This document shows positions 1-14,821 of a DNA stretch of 64,000 nucleotides, piece after piece. The DNA comes from Octopus vulgaris (taxonomy: Eukaryota). The notes under the pieces are model-generated. The model searched no databases and was not told the origin of the DNA. It saw only the letters and a program-made list of their open reading frames with translations. The position numbers and the translations under genes were made by a program. The DNA lies in contig OX597835.1 in NCBI GenBank assembly GCA_951406725.2, positions 43,152,001-43,216,000 of the forward strand, read 5' to 3'. Each line of letters begins with the position of its first letter. Positions within the stretch are counted from its first letter, which is position 1.

Positions 1-357
1 CTCATATGCAACTGTTACATATAGATCTTTCCGCCATTATTAAATGTCATTGTCAGATGACAAGGGTTGGGTGCAGTGAGTCAAGGGAGGAAATGGTGTG
101 AGTCAAGGAAGGAAATGCTGTGAGTCAGGGTAGAATGGTGATGTGGTTTCATGAGTTAAAAGAGGGCAAAGATGTCACGATACAAGTCAATAATTTATTG
201 TTTACATTGGTGTGTAATGTTTTATATTGATTTATATCAAAGCTGTTGCACGGGTGTGACTAGGCACAAGCATGGCTGTGTGATAAGAAGTTGGCTTCTG
301 AACTACATGGTTTGAATACAGTCCCACCATGTGGCACTAAGAATAAGTACTTTCTAC

Positions 358-840
358 TATCATCGTTTAATGTCCGCTTTCCATGCTAGCATGGGTTGGA
401 CGGTTTGACTGGGGTCTGGGAAGCCAGGAGGCTGCACCAGGCCCAGTCTGATTTGGCAGTGTTTCTACAGCTGGATGCCCTTCCTAACGCCAACCACTCC
501 GTGAGTGTAGTGGGTGCTTTTTACGTGCCAGGCAAGGCTGGCAACAACCACGATCGGTTGGTGCTTTTTACATGCCACTGGCACGGAAGCCAGTCTAGGC
601 GACGCTGGCAACGGCCACGTTCGGATGGTTCTTTTACGTGCCACCAGCACTGGTATCACAGCTACAATTTCCATTGATTTTTGATCGATTTCGATTTCAC
701 TTGCCTCGACAGGTCTTCACAAGTAGAGTTTTGTGTCCCAAAAAGGAAAGGTATGCATAAGTGGACTGGCTACATCCCAGGTAGAAGCCACGGGTTATGG
801 TCTCACTTGTCCTGCCGGGTTTTCTCACACACAGCATATT
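358..840 (-). mobile_element. RTE-LINE-type 3' UTR / RTE-related SINE copy with (GAT)n tail
   Basis: Minus strand ends ...GTGGTTGGCGTTAGGAAGGGCATCCAGCTGTAGAAAC...GGACATTAAACGATG. The same block recurs at ~1263, 10660, 14183, 22040, 25775, 30130(+) and 61390. RTE assignment is from memory of the motif. Confidence 0.7.
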
Positions 841-1262
841 TCCAAAGGTCTCTACTATATAATTCTTTACTGCCCACAAGGGGCTAAACATAGAGGGGAC
901 AAACAAGGACAGACAAATGGACTAAGTTGATTACATCGATCCCTGTGCGTAACTGGTACTTATTTAATTGACCGCAAAAGGATGAAAGGCAAAGTCGACC
1001 TCGGCAGAATTTGAACTCAGGATGAGCAACAGTTAGCTAAAAAAGTGAGTAGGAAAAGGGTAGCGGGGTGTAAAGTTAAAGGCCTCCATATTAGTAAGGA
1101 AGAGGGGGAGAAAAATACTTTTCCATAACGAATGAAAGGAAGAAAGAGAGATAGGAGGTTGAACATACGTAACGAACATGCACAAAACTTAAATTACATA
1201 TACATGTGTATATAAAAGTGTATATTAGCAATAAATACACATATAAGAACACATATATAAAT

Positions 1263-2505
1263 ATCATCATCATCATCATCATTTAGCGTCCGTTTTCCAT
1301 GCTAGCATGGGTTGGACGGTTCAACTGGGGTCTGGGGAGCCCGAAGGCTGCACCAGGCCCAGTCAGATCTGGCAGTGTTTCTACAGCTGGATGCCCTTCC
1401 TAACGCCAACCACTCCGAGAGTGTAGTGGGTGATTTTATGTGCCACCGACACAGGTGCCAGACGAGGCTGGCGAACGGCCACGCTCGGATGGTGTTTTTA
1501 TGTGCCACCGACACAGGTGCCAGACGAGGCTGGCAGACAGCCACGCTCGGATGGTGTTTTTATGTGCCACCGACACAGGTGCCAGATGAGGCTGGCGGAC
1601 GGCCATGATCAGATGGTGTTTGTTACGTCCCCAAAGCACGGAGGCCAGTCTATGCGGTACTGGCTACGGCCACGTTCAGATGATTTCCTTGTGTGCCACC
1701 GGCACTGGTACCACAAGGATACAAATTCCATTGATGTTCATCTATTTTGATTTGTTTTGATTTGATTTGATTTTCACTTGCCTCAACAGGTCTTCACAAG
1801 TGTCACAAGAAGGAAGGTATGCACAGGTGGACTGACTACGTCCCAGGTAGGGGCCACGGGTTATGGCCTGACTAGTCTTGCCGGGTCTTCGGATGGTGTT
1901 TTTATGTGCCACCGACACAGGTGCCAGATGAGGCTGGCGAACGGCCATGATCGGATGGTGTTTGTTGCGTGCCCACAGCACGGAGGCCAGTCGATGCGGT
2001 ACTGGCTACGGCCACGTTCGGATGGTGCCACCGACACAGGTGCCAGATGAGGCTGGCGAACGGCCACGATCGGATGGTGTTTGTTGCGTGCCCACAGCAC
2101 GGAGGCCAGTCGATGCGGTACTGGCTACGGCCACGTTCGGATGGTTTTCTTGTGTGCCACCGGCACTGGTACCACAAAGATACAAATTCCATTGATGTTC
2201 ATCTATTTTGATTTGATTTGATTTGATTTTCACTTGCCTCAACAGGTCTTCACAGGTCTTCACAAGTGTCACAAGAAGGAAGGAAGGTATGCACAGGTGG
2301 ACTGACTACGTCCCAAGTAGGGGCCACGGGTTATGGCCTGACTAGTCTTGCCGGGTCTTCGGTTGGTGTTTTTATGTGCCACCGACACAGGTGCCAGATG
2401 AGGCTGGCGAACGGCCACGATCGGATGGTTTTCTTGTGTGCCACCGGTACTGGAACCACAAAGATACAAATTCCATTGATGTTCATCTATTTTGATTTGG
2501 TTTGA
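1263..2505 (-). mobile_element. RTE-type 3' UTR copy with internal tandem amplifications
   Basis: (CAT)n tail at 1263-1283. A 62-bp unit TTTATGTGCCACCGACACAGGTGCCAGA... occurs 3x at 1435-1620, and larger blocks are re-duplicated through 2505. Confidence 0.75.
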
Positions 2506-3309
2506 ATATGGAAATAAATACATAAATACACACCCACACAAATTCAAGTGAATACATGCATACATATACATCCATGTATGTATGTGCACAAGTATAAACA
2601 TACACGCTTACTTACACATATACATAGGTGCATACATACGGATACATATGCATGCCAACAATACAAACATCCGCATAAAAACATGTCTAGGTCCTGACGT
2701 ATATATATACAAACAACATTATTTCAAAAAATTGCTGAGTGCATAATATAATAGATAAAAGACATGCAAAATAGAACACCCTATATCGAATTATCTATAA
2801 ATTAAACGATTAAAATGGGTTTATAAAATACAATAAAATGAAATGAAATAAAAGCGGAATCTTAAACAAGAAAATAATATTTGTATATAGCAGTCGAAGG
2901 TTTTCCTTAATAAATATGTCGAAATATATACCATAACTTTGCGATGTGGAATAAATCATGCATAAAAACACTGTCACGTCATCTTAAAGATGGTGAGTAG
3001 CCTACAGCAACAGTTGGAGGTTTGTTTACACCAACACTTTGTGGTCAATTACATCTATGTTTGGAGAGTGACTGCTGCTGCTGCAACATAACACTAGGGG
3101 ATTTGAAAAGGTTAGCGAAACCTGCGAAACTGGACATTTCTGAGACTGCTTTGCTCCTGAAGATGGGCTTTTGTGCCTGAAATATAAAGGTTTTATAAAA
3201 CTTTCCACATTGTCAGGAGCTTCCTATTTTCTCCCTTTTTATGTTCTTCAATATCACAATACTTCAAGTGAAATACAACATTCTTATATGTATATGTATA
3301 TATATGGAA

Positions 3310-3688
3310 GCACTCCATTGGTTACGACAACGAGGGTTCCGGTTGATCCGAATCAACGGAACAGCCTGCTCGTGAAATTAACGTGTAAGTGGCTGAGCAC
3401 TCCACAGACACGTGTACCCTTAACGTAGTTCTCGGGGATATTCAGCGTGACACAGAGAGTGACAAGGCCGGCCCTTTGAAATACAGGTACAACAGAAACA
3501 GGAAGTAAGAGTGAGAGAAAGTCGTGGTGAAAGAGTACAGCAGGGATCACCACCATGCCCTGCTGGAGCCTCGTGGAGCTTTAGGTGTTTTCGCTCAATA
3601 AACACTCACAACGCCCGGTCTGGGAATCAAAACCGCGATCCTATGACCGAGAGTCTGCTGCCCTAACCACTGGGCCATTGCGCCTCCA
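3310..3688 (-). mobile_element. tRNA-derived SINE (Octopus OR-type)
   Basis: Minus strand starts TGGAGGCGCAATGGCCCAGTGGTTAGGGCAGC (A-box) ... GGTTTTGATTCCC (B-box). Related copies at 13435-13737(-), 49015-49300(+), 63030-63255(+), and 32505-32605 plus 33065-33290(-). Confidence 0.85.
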
Positions 3689-3700
3689 TGTATATATATA

Positions 3701-4990
3701 CAGGGTGGGGAAGCAAAATTTACAATGAATGTTAAGTTGTTTTTTCTCAGGAGGCACTAAGTCAATTGTTTTGAAACCTAGCATATACTGATGTCATACT
3801 CATACCTAACACTATTATCCCTACCTTTTCAGAAACTTTTGCCCATATGAGTAATCAGGAAAGCAAACGTCCAAGAGTGTGTGATTTGCTGAATGCAGTC
3901 GTCACACCACTGGAGATTTCAAGAATAGTTGGAGTGTCCATAAAGACTGTTTATAATGTAAAGAATAGAATGACTATGAGCAAAACTATTACAAGGAAGT
4001 CTGGAAGTTGAGGAATCAACAACAAACGTACCAAAGCTTTTATTAAAGCTCTCAAATCCAAAATCCTAAAGGATCCAACCAAATCCATGAGAAAAATGGC
4101 AATTGAACTTGAGGTAGACAACAAGACCATTAAAAATGCTGTAAAATATGATTTTAGGTTAAAATCTTACATAAGAACACCAAAACACTTGTTTTCAACA
4201 GCTATGAAGGAAAAGAGATTGGAAAGGTGCAAGAAAATTATTACATGGTTCAAGAAAAAGTCCTCCATTGTAACAATCTTTTCAGATGAAAAGATCTTCA
4301 CTGTCGATGCTGTTCTGAACAGCAGAAATGACAGATTTATCGCAAAATCAACAGCTGAAGTTAAGGGGTCATTCAAAACAAAAGATCTTGCTCAAGTTAT
4401 AGCTTTTGGTGTTGTGGCTTCCGATGGAAAGAAAATGCCTATAAAATTCTACAAAGCTGATGAAAAGATCAATGTTAATACTTACTACAAGACTCTGAGA
4501 TATGAGGTATTACCATGGCTTAAAGCAAACTACCCAGATGGTAATTATGTATGGACACAGGATGGTGCTCCAGCCCACACAACTAGAAAAATACAAGATT
4601 TCAGCAAATCCAACTTTAGCAATTTTTTTTAATCATGTTTATGGCCGCCTTCTAGCCCAGATCGAAAACCTCTGGATTATGCTATTTGGGGCGTTTTAGA
4701 ACATGCTACCAATAGAACATCACACAGCAATGTCGACTCTCTTAAAGATACTATTAAAGAAGAATGGTAGAAGTTGTCTCCCGAATATTTGAGGAACGCC
4801 TGTGCAAGTTTCAGGAAGCATGTGAAGCCAGATATTGAGAAAGAAGGAGGACACGTAGAATAAAAATATTTTCTATTATGTGAATTGTCTTATGGCAAAT
4901 AAATTCTCATGACTTTCAATAAACAAATTGGTCATACACTGTTTTTCAATCCCTGCCTCAAAACATTGTAAATTTTGCTTCCCCACCCTG
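3701..4990 (+). mobile_element. Full-length Tc1/mariner DNA transposon, DD37D (maT) family
   Basis: 27-bp TIRs CAGGGTGGGGAAGCAAAATTTACAATG / CATTGTAAATTTTGCTTCCCCACCCTG, flanked by TA, enclosing a transposase. Confidence 0.95.
3847..4863 (+). pseudogene. DD37D transposase pseudogene (one frame, 3 in-frame stops)
   Basis: MSNQESKR... N-terminus, IFSDEKIF, WTQDGAPAH, then WPPSSPDRKPLDY with 37 residues between the 2nd and 3rd D. Stops at ~4009, 4630 and 4768. Confidence 0.92.
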
Positions 4991-5746
<756 letters not shown>

Positions 5747-6231
5747 TACAATAGCCTTGGGCTATTGTAGAAGACACCCAAATTGCCATGCGGTGGAACT
5801 GAACCCAACACCTCAAAGCTGTCATTGATAAATGCAGTAAATGTTTCACCAGTGCAATGCAGTGAGTTGAGAAATTTTGGTCACCTGATAACATTTGTGC
5901 GAGGAATTCTCAACTGTTGCACAGCAAACCAGTACCAGGGCTGTGGGTCATTTGTTACTGAGTCACAGAGAAAGAATCATCATCATCATCATCATCATTT
6001 AGCCTCTGTTGATGAGGCCAGCTTTATGGTGGACTTCCTTCAGTTTCCATCTTCCAAATTTACTCACAAGGCTTTAGCCAGCCTGAAACTATAGAAGAAG
6101 GCACTTGCCCAAGGTGTCCCACAGTGGAATTGAACCTGAAACCAAGAAGTCGTTGGGAAACAAGCTTCTTAACTGCCCAGCCATGCCTACGCCTATGAGT
6201 AATTAGTTATACATCAATTAATTATATATTT

Positions 6232-6435
6232 TACTCTTTTACTTGTTTCAGTCATTTGACTGCGGCCATGCTGAAGCACCACCTTTAGTCGAGCAACTCG
6301 ACCCCGGGACTTATTCTTTTGTAAGCCCAGTACTTATTCTATCGGTCTCTTTTGCCGAACCGCTAAGTAACGGGGACATAAACACACCAGCATCGGTTGT
6401 CAAGCAATGCCAGGGGGACAAACACAGACACACAA

Positions 6436-6476
<41 letters not shown>

Positions 6477-6648
6477 CATATATACAACAATCTTCTTTCA
6501 GTTTCCGTCTACCAAATCCATTCACAAGACATTGGTCGACCCGGGGCTATAGCAGAAGACACTTGCCCAAGATGCCACGCAGTGGGACTGAACCCGGAAC
6601 CATGCGGTTGGTAAACAAGCTACTTACCACACAGCCACTCCTGCGCCT
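6232..6648 (-). mobile_element. tRNA-derived CORE-type SINE (Octopus OK-like), full length
   Basis: Minus strand: AGGCGCAGGAGTGGCTGTGTGG...GGTTCAGTCCC, CORE-like CTTGGGCAAGTGTCTT, internal (TA)/(TG)n, tail GAAACAAGTAAAAGAG. Confidence 0.88.
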
Positions 6649-7189
6649 ATTGTGTATTTTATTGGGTTTTTTTTTTTTATACACACAATACCTCAGTCCA
6701 TGGAAAAATTATCCTACATGAGACTGGTAAGTGGCACAAAAATTATTGAGAACTCTTGATCTAGGCAATACATTAATAAAAACTCCCTCTTGGAGTATTT
6801 TAAACCTAAAAAAAAAAACCCATCATTAACAATCATTTCAGTGACCTTTTGAGACTAAACATATGCCATCACATCAAACGATTGTGAAGAATGCAGCCTA
6901 TGATCAAAGGTGTTAGATTTGCCAGTTTCTAGCCATAAACTATAAAAAGACTTGTTAATGCAACGGTTGGTAAATGTAAGAAATGAGGTCAAACATTATT
7001 ATTTGGACTCTGATAACAAATGCTCAGGATATTAGTTTGGCATTCGCTAGTTTTTAGTCCGTCTTACAAGGTTAAATCTATTTATTCAAGGGTGAAATTT
7101 TCATACAAAATCGTCGTTTTTATATCTCTGAAGAAAGATGTCTGCTTGAAAAATTATGAATAAAGTAATTGTAATCTGGTATTATTTCA

Positions 7190-7830
7190 TAATTCCACAC
7201 ATACACCCTTTTCAGACTTTTATGATTCAATAGTCTCACACTTCCACAGATCCATTGTTCCACGTACAGCACTTCTACTCTTACACAGTTTCATAGGCCT
7301 ACACTTTCACAATTCCACACTTCTACACTTCTTCTGTACTCCTGTCATATTTCCACTCTTCCACAATTCCATAGCTCTGCAACTCCACACTTCCAGTCTT
7401 CCGCATGTCTCTAGTGCCACATCTCTATACTCCCACACTTCCTTAAACCACCACTTCCACAATCCTACTTTCCACGCTTCTATAGTTGTATGATTCCACT
7501 TTGTACAATGTACAGTCCCACATTTCCACACATCTACTCTTCCACACTTCCACAGCCCCACTCTTCCACAGTTACACACTTCCACAGATCCACACTTTCA
7601 CAGTATCACTATTCCACACTCCTACCCTTCCACAGCCCTAAATTTCCTCAGTCCCATTCTTCCACACTTCCACAACACAACCTTCCAAACTTCGATCGAT
7701 CCACTTTCCGCAATGTCAGAATCCTCCACTTCCACAGTTCCATACTTCAAAAATTTCCAGTTTTCCCACTTCCACATTTTCCACACTCCTTCAAGTTTAT
7801 ATTTCTTCCTTTATTTCCACCTTAACTCTG
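7190..7830. repeat. Degenerate low-complexity repeat based on TTCCACAC
   Basis: Many CTTCCACA/TTCCACAC units with strong C/T strand skew. Confidence 0.75.
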
Positions 7831-8175
7831 AACCAGCATCAAAAACCCCTACAAAAACCCTTAAATGTTCAAAACTAGCCTAGTTTTGCAGCGAATTGGT
7901 GTACTTTATCAAAATGTCTATTATAGTTTCTGTTTGCCCCTTATCTACCTCTCTGTGTATCTATCTATCTATCTATCTACCTACACACACATACACACGC
8001 ATATTAATATATACTCATGCAAGCATGGAGAAGTGGACATTAGCTGATGATGATGATGATGATGATGAGGATGACATATATATCTTTACACAGGATGTCC
8101 ATAAATGATCTTTACAACTTTCACACTTAAAATTGCAGAAGTAATTTGTGGATACTCTGTATATGTGTGCATGCA

Positions 8176-8890
<715 letters not shown>

Positions 8891-9401
8891 ATGCATATCT
8901 CTCAATTGATATGTATATCCATTTACCTTTCTAAAAAAACTATCCCTGTCTTCATGTTTCTCTCTCTCTGTATATGTGTGCGTGTATATGTCATATATAA
9001 GTACATATATATATATATACGTACATATATATATATGACATATACACGCACATACATCCTTAGTCAAAAAAGACACCTGTTGTTATGTCCTGTTATTTGT
9101 ATTTGTGTAACATTTCTGTGTTTTTTTCTTTCCATCCTTGTTTTCATATACATACATTCGCTGCTTTCTTCCAAGGAATCTAATGCTCTTAGCTTATTTT
9201 TTCCTTGAGGTTGGCCAGATTGGAGCAATTTCGAGTATAACCAGCCAAAGTTGCAAAGATAATCTGGAACTCAACTGAGGGTAGAAAACTCCAAATGACC
9301 CGTCCTTGTTTTCCTTGTATTGTCTGTCTGGATATTTTGTTGTCCCACTTTGTTTCACCTAACTGTCTGGATGTTTTGCATTCTTGTCCCATTTTTTTAA
9401 T

Positions 9402-9432
<31 letters not shown>

Positions 9433-9672
9433 GTTAAGACCCAAGGATCAAGGTGAAGGAAGCTAGTAAGCTTCAAGCAGTCTGTAGAAGGTACAAATAA
9501 AATCAGCTTTCAGGAATAATAATGGTTTATTGATGTGGAAGGTTATAAATGTCTCCCGTATCGAATTTCAATAAGCTGGAAAAAGTTATGTTATAGTTCA
9601 CGGTTAGTAGCTGGGGTTGCTGAGTATGCGAATAAAAATCCAGAAATAGGGAATGGAGTTGAGAAAATCCAG

Positions 9673-9752
9673 GCTACATTTGTTTCGTAGCCAGTAGAAC
9701 CTCAGAAGTATTAATGCTCAATGTGGTGTATTCCACTAGATGCTCATCAGGC
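9673..9752 (-). ncRNA. Hammerhead-ribozyme-like motif (Penelope-type)
   Basis: Minus strand: GC-CTGATGA-GCATCTAGTGGAA...TTCTACTGGCTAC-GAAA-CAAATG-TA-GC. Long stem II, ACA/TGT stem III, GUA site; stem I only 2 bp. Confidence 0.55.
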
Positions 9753-10155
9753 TGACAATGCTTAAGTTAAATGAAGATTACATTGTTCTCAAGGGATCCC
9801 ACATTAACTCGCAGGAGATTTGATCAAGAATTCAATCCAAACATTCCCGATCAAATCTCCTGCAAGTCAACATGAAATCCCTTGACAACAATGTAAACTT
9901 TGTTTTGTCAAGGCTTTTCCTACAGAAATATTTGCCAGCACTGATTTTTTTTTTTGCTATGCCGTTTCATATCGAGACGTCAGACATGAACGGACAATGA
10001 GATTGAATGTAAATTTCATTCAATTAAGGTATGTTTGGCACAACAAGTAACTAGCAGATTACCCCCTCGTTTGGGTAATTACTACTTCCAAGGTTCTGCG
10101 AGCTATGAAACATATACAGCCTAGATTTTGTCTACTCCAAATCCTAATTTCATAT

Positions 10156-10205
<50 letters not shown>

Positions 10206-10464
10206 ATATATATATATATGTGTGTATATACACATTCAAAATGTGACCACGTGTGTACTGTTGGAGATTTTTTTTCCTCTGTCTTCCCTTCTCTGAATCT
10301 TTCCTTTTCCTATGTTTCCGACAAAGAGCTCTGCTCGAAACGTTAAACCCTCCTTCTTCCCTTCCTTCCTGAGTGTCCAATAATACTATATTTGTTCCAT
10401 GTCCTCACATTGTTGTGTTTTCTCTTTGTATTTTCATGTTTGGATTAACTATATATATATATAT

Positions 10465-10597
10465 ATTAGAAGAAATGAGGTACTCAGAAAATCAGATCGT
10501 TTATATTTACAGATATTTATTTGTATATTACATTTTTTATACATCATATAACTTAGATCATTAGCGCTTTCTCCCATTCTAGTGGGGTTTTCAAATC

Positions 10598-10600
<3 letters not shown>
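10465..10600 (-). mobile_element. Short Penelope-like unit in (TA)n with a U3-A8 hammerhead variant
   Basis: Minus strand TTGAAAA-CCCC-ACTAGAAT-GGGA-GAAA-GCGC-TA. A second copy in the opposite orientation lies at 46510-46650. Confidence 0.6.
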
Positions 10601-10644
<44 letters not shown>

Positions 10645-11212
10645 TATTCATCATAAAATCATCATCATCATTGCTTAAAGTCCATTTTCTATGCTAGCAT
10701 GAGTTGGATGGTTTGACTGAGGACTGGCAAGCCCGTAGGCTGCACCATACTCCAGTCTGATCTAGCAAGGTTTCTACAGCTTGATGCCCTTCCTAATGCC
10801 AACCACTCCGAGAGTGTAGTGGCTGTTTTTTTATGTGCCACTGGCATGGGAGCCCGTCAGGCAGCACTGGTATCAACCACATTTGGATAGTGCTTTTTAT
10901 GTGCAACCAGCACAGGAGCCAGTCAGGGTGGGGGGGGAATGGCAGTGACCCTGTTCAGATGGTGCTTTTTACATGCCACTGGCATGGGGAACCAATCAGG
11001 TGGCACTGGCATCAGCTACAACTACAATTTCCATTTTGATTTCGATTTTCATTTTACTTGACCCAAAAGATCTTCTCAAGTGCAGCGTATCACCCTACAA
11101 TTCAAGGGCACTTTTAAATGGGCTGGTCACGACTGCGACCTCAATTTACTTGCCAGATCTTCTCAATCACAGCATAGCATACATATATGTCATATATTAC
11201 ATAATATATATA

Positions 11213-12482
11213 CAGACATGCAGGAAGTAAACAGACACCTTTAATTTTCAAAATCTTTTATTTAATACGCAAAGCAAACAATTGAAAGGTAATCGATAGG
11301 TAGGACTACATACTTTAGTATTTAGTTGACATTCCCTTTTGCAGTTTTTAATTTAGAAACTCTTTTTGGTATTGAACTGATGAGCTTTGTGATTGTCTCT
11401 TGTGGAATTTCTGCCCACTTTTCATGCAACAATCGAAACATTTCATCTTTAGATTTAGGTTTCTGTCGAGTTTTTCATATAGCTCTATCTAGTATGCTCC
11501 AAAGGTTTTCAATTGGGTTCATCTCAGGAGATTGGCTCGGCCAAGGAAGCTTTTCGATCCCTTTTCAGTCAGCCATTGTTGATTCCTTTTTGCTGTGTTG
11601 CAAGGAGCCCCAACTTCCATGAATAAAAACTCATTTTCCATTATGTTATCGTGTGAATACATCAGAAGTAGTCCTTGCTTAAGTATTTCGATGTATTTTT
11701 CAGAATTTATGGTTCCAACACATTCGATCAGCTCAGAACGACATTTGCTGGTGACAGCTCCCCATACCATTACAGAGATACTGCCATGTTTCACAGTTGG
11801 TTGGGGTCGTTTCAAATCAAATTCTTGATTGGGAAGCCTCCAGACCCAAACACGTCCACTGTCTGAAAATAATGCAAATCTGGATTCATCCGAGAAAATC
11901 ACTCTATCCCCCAAATGAACTGGATTCTTCTGACCTCTCCTTAGCCCATTTCTTTCTTTTCATGATATTGGTTGAAGGAGAGGTTTTCTTCTCGCTGCTC
12001 GTCCATAATACCTAAGCTTATGCAGATATGTAACACACGTTCTTGGACTAACTTCTAGCTGTTTAGCAATGTCAGGAGCCTTCGAACTGGATTTGTTTTC
12101 CACACTTCTCTTCAAACAGCGAAGCTTCCTTTCCAAGGGCTCAGGTCGACTGGGACAAGAATCTGTTGATTCTTTTTCTTGGCTTTTGAATTGCACTATA
12201 ATTCTATTAACAGTGGCTAGAGGAATTTGAAGATTTTCGGCAATTTTTCGCTGGCTAAGACCAGCCTCAGATTGCCCAACAATACGACCTCTTTGAAAAT
12301 CTGACAGTTGTGCTGAATTTTTTATGCGTGGCATGGTTACTCTTCACAAATGTTTAATATAATGGCATCTGGAATGAAAAAGAATAATTACATTGTAAAT
12401 TCTACACCACAGAAAGCATATTAAGACGCTTAGATCAGAAATTTTGAAAATGAAAGGTGTCTAATTACTTCCTGCATGTCTG
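11213..12482 (-). mobile_element. Full-length Tc1 (DD34E) DNA transposon
   Basis: ~40-bp TIRs CAGACATGCAGGAAGTAAACAGACACCTTT... / ...AAAGGTGTCTAATTACTTCCTGCATGTCTG; TA on the left. Confidence 0.93.
11320..12334 (-). pseudogene. Tc1 transposase pseudogene (frameshifted)
   Basis: MPRIKNSAQLSDFQRGRIVG HTH region, AARRKPLL, VIFSDESRF, TVKHGSISVMVWG, and WPSQSPEMNPIENLW in a shifted frame. The second catalytic D reads as V. Confidence 0.9.
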
Positions 12483-12488
12483 TCTATT

Positions 12489-12550
<62 letters not shown>

Positions 12551-13434
12551 GAGAGAGAAAAAAAAATGTGTATCAGTCTGTGTGACTATGTGAATCCCTA
12601 AAACTTGAGAACTACACAACCAATTTCATTCAAATTTTACACATGCCTTACTTAGGGTCCATGTAGTGTCATAGGCCAAAAAAAGTTTTGACTTCTTGCC
12701 TAATGCAAGACCACAGCAATATCATATCTTCTCCACTATTTCAGTATTACGTGTCAAAAGTGAAACAATAACATCTCTCTATTGTAAAGTCAAATACTTT
12801 CACTTTAATAGTTTCACTTTAATACTGAAACTAATATAGTGAAAATATTATCTCAGATATATACAAGCATACATACATACATATATACTTACATACATAT
12901 ATATAATGCTAGCAGAGATACACAGCGTTGCCCGTGTTACATTCAATTGAAGAATTAGACTTTTCTGTTATATTTTCTGTAATGAAATGGAATATCTATG
13001 TTTCGAATTTCATAAAAATTGCAGATGAGGGTTATTTCCCTCTTTACACACCCTAAAAAAATTCTAATTATGACACATTACGTACTCCCAAAAATTCAAT
13101 TTTGGGGGCGTACGTAATGTCTGGTCTTTCGCATATAGCCGGTATGTGATTGTGCATTTGTTTCCGTGTACGATGTGTTGTGTGTAAAAAACATCCTGAC
13201 GAGGGAGGGTCAATTTCAAATATATGATATGTTTCATATTAATTGGTGCGTCTCCGAAACTTTTATGTATTTTTGTAAATTTGTATATTTATCTTTTATG
13301 TATTTTTCTCTGGAATTTTAATTCGTCATTTTAATGTCTTTGTATGTTTTATTACCCAAATTTTTAATTCAACAAACCTATAACAAATGTTTTACGAGTT
13401 TAAGCGTAAATTCAAGGTGTTATATATGATGTTT

Positions 13435-13737
13435 ATCACGTGATCACGTGACCGACCAGACCATCAGATGTTGTTACACATCGCTGGTCACAATGCGTTT
13501 GCATTGTTTTAGCCTTCGAATGATGCCGCTGGCTAAGCGAGCAGGCCAACAGAAGAAAGAGTGAGAGAAAGAGTGGTGAAAGAGTACAGCAGGGATCACC
13601 ACCCCCTGCCGGAGCCTCGTGGAGCTTTAAGGTGTTTTCGCTCAATAAACACTCACAACGCCCGGTATGGGAATCGAAACCGCGATCCTACGATTGTGAG
13701 TCCGCTGCCCTAACCACTGGGCCATTGCGCCTCCACA
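13435..13737 (-). mobile_element. tRNA-derived SINE (OR-type head, different 3' body)
   Basis: Head nearly identical to the 3310-3688 copy (GGTTTCGATTCCC B-box); 3' part differs. Confidence 0.8.
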
Positions 13738-13993
13738 TGATGTTTATATATTTATATATTACTATATTTTTAAACGTCGGACTTTATATCTGTTCTGTAG
13801 ATATAAATGAATATATGAATATATGTATGTGTTTGATCTTTCTGTGGATTTTGTAATGTTCCTTTAGTTGCTGCTCACATTGCCTCCCCTCAGATTAATA
13901 AGTGAATACAGCTCATTTCACTACAATTCCAGTCTGTTATATATTTTGAGTGTTGTTGTCACTAGTGATCTCAAGATATAGCTTTGTATTTTG

Positions 13994-14039
<46 letters not shown>

Positions 14040-14466
14040 TTGGCTTGGTATTTCTACTGCAGCTGTCTTACCAGAAATATAGCATCAGTGGTGCTTTTCC
14101 CTGGCACGAAACCAAACTGCATCTCATCCAAACTGACTCTCTCCCTAATTAGATAAATTATACATATATTATATATATATATATCATCACCATCATCATC
14201 ATCGTTTAGCGTCCGCTTTCCATGCTAGCATGGGTTGGACGGTTCAACTGGGGTCTGGGAAGCCAGAAGGCTGCACCAGGCCCAGTTTGATCTGGCAATG
14301 TTTCTATGGCTGGATGCCCTTCCTAACGCCAACCACTCCATGAGTGTAGTGGGTGCTTTTTACGTGCCACCGGCAGACGATTGGATGGTGCTTTTTATGT
14401 GCCACCGGCACGGGGGGCCAGGCGAGGCTGGCAATGGCCACGAACGGATGGTGCTTTTTACGTGCC

Positions 14467-14583
<117 letters not shown>

Positions 14584-14745
14584 TATAATATATATATATA
14601 GAGAGATTTTGTTTCCGGAATTTTAGCGCGCCAGAACTCAGACATTTGAAATTAACCCCAATGTAATTGGTGAAACAAAGCACGTGTCTATTTTTATACG
14701 GAAAACTGGTGGTTAGTTTTACAAATTATATTACCTGTGGAACGA

Positions 14746-14821
14746 TCGTACTGACGAGTCCTATGGACGAAGGATTACGTAAGTGATTCATTAGTTAATA
14801 GGTGAAACTGCCAGTCTGCGA
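14746..14821 (+). ncRNA. Type I hammerhead-ribozyme-like motif
   Basis: TCGTA-CTGACGA-GTCCTAT...ATAGGT-GAA-ACTG-C-CAGT-C-TGCGA: stem I 5 bp (one G-U), stem III 4 bp, GUC cleavage triplet. Confidence 0.62.

Noticed and set aside
396-2601. Cluster of 60-110 aa ORFs (CHRHRCQMRLA...)
   Set aside because: Translations of the non-coding RTE-type 3' UTR repeats, recurring wherever that repeat occurs.
3620-3688. tRNA genes at SINE heads (also 13670-13737, 63030-63090)
   Set aside because: A/B boxes are present, but the sequence continues into a SINE body with no closed acceptor stem or T-run terminator.
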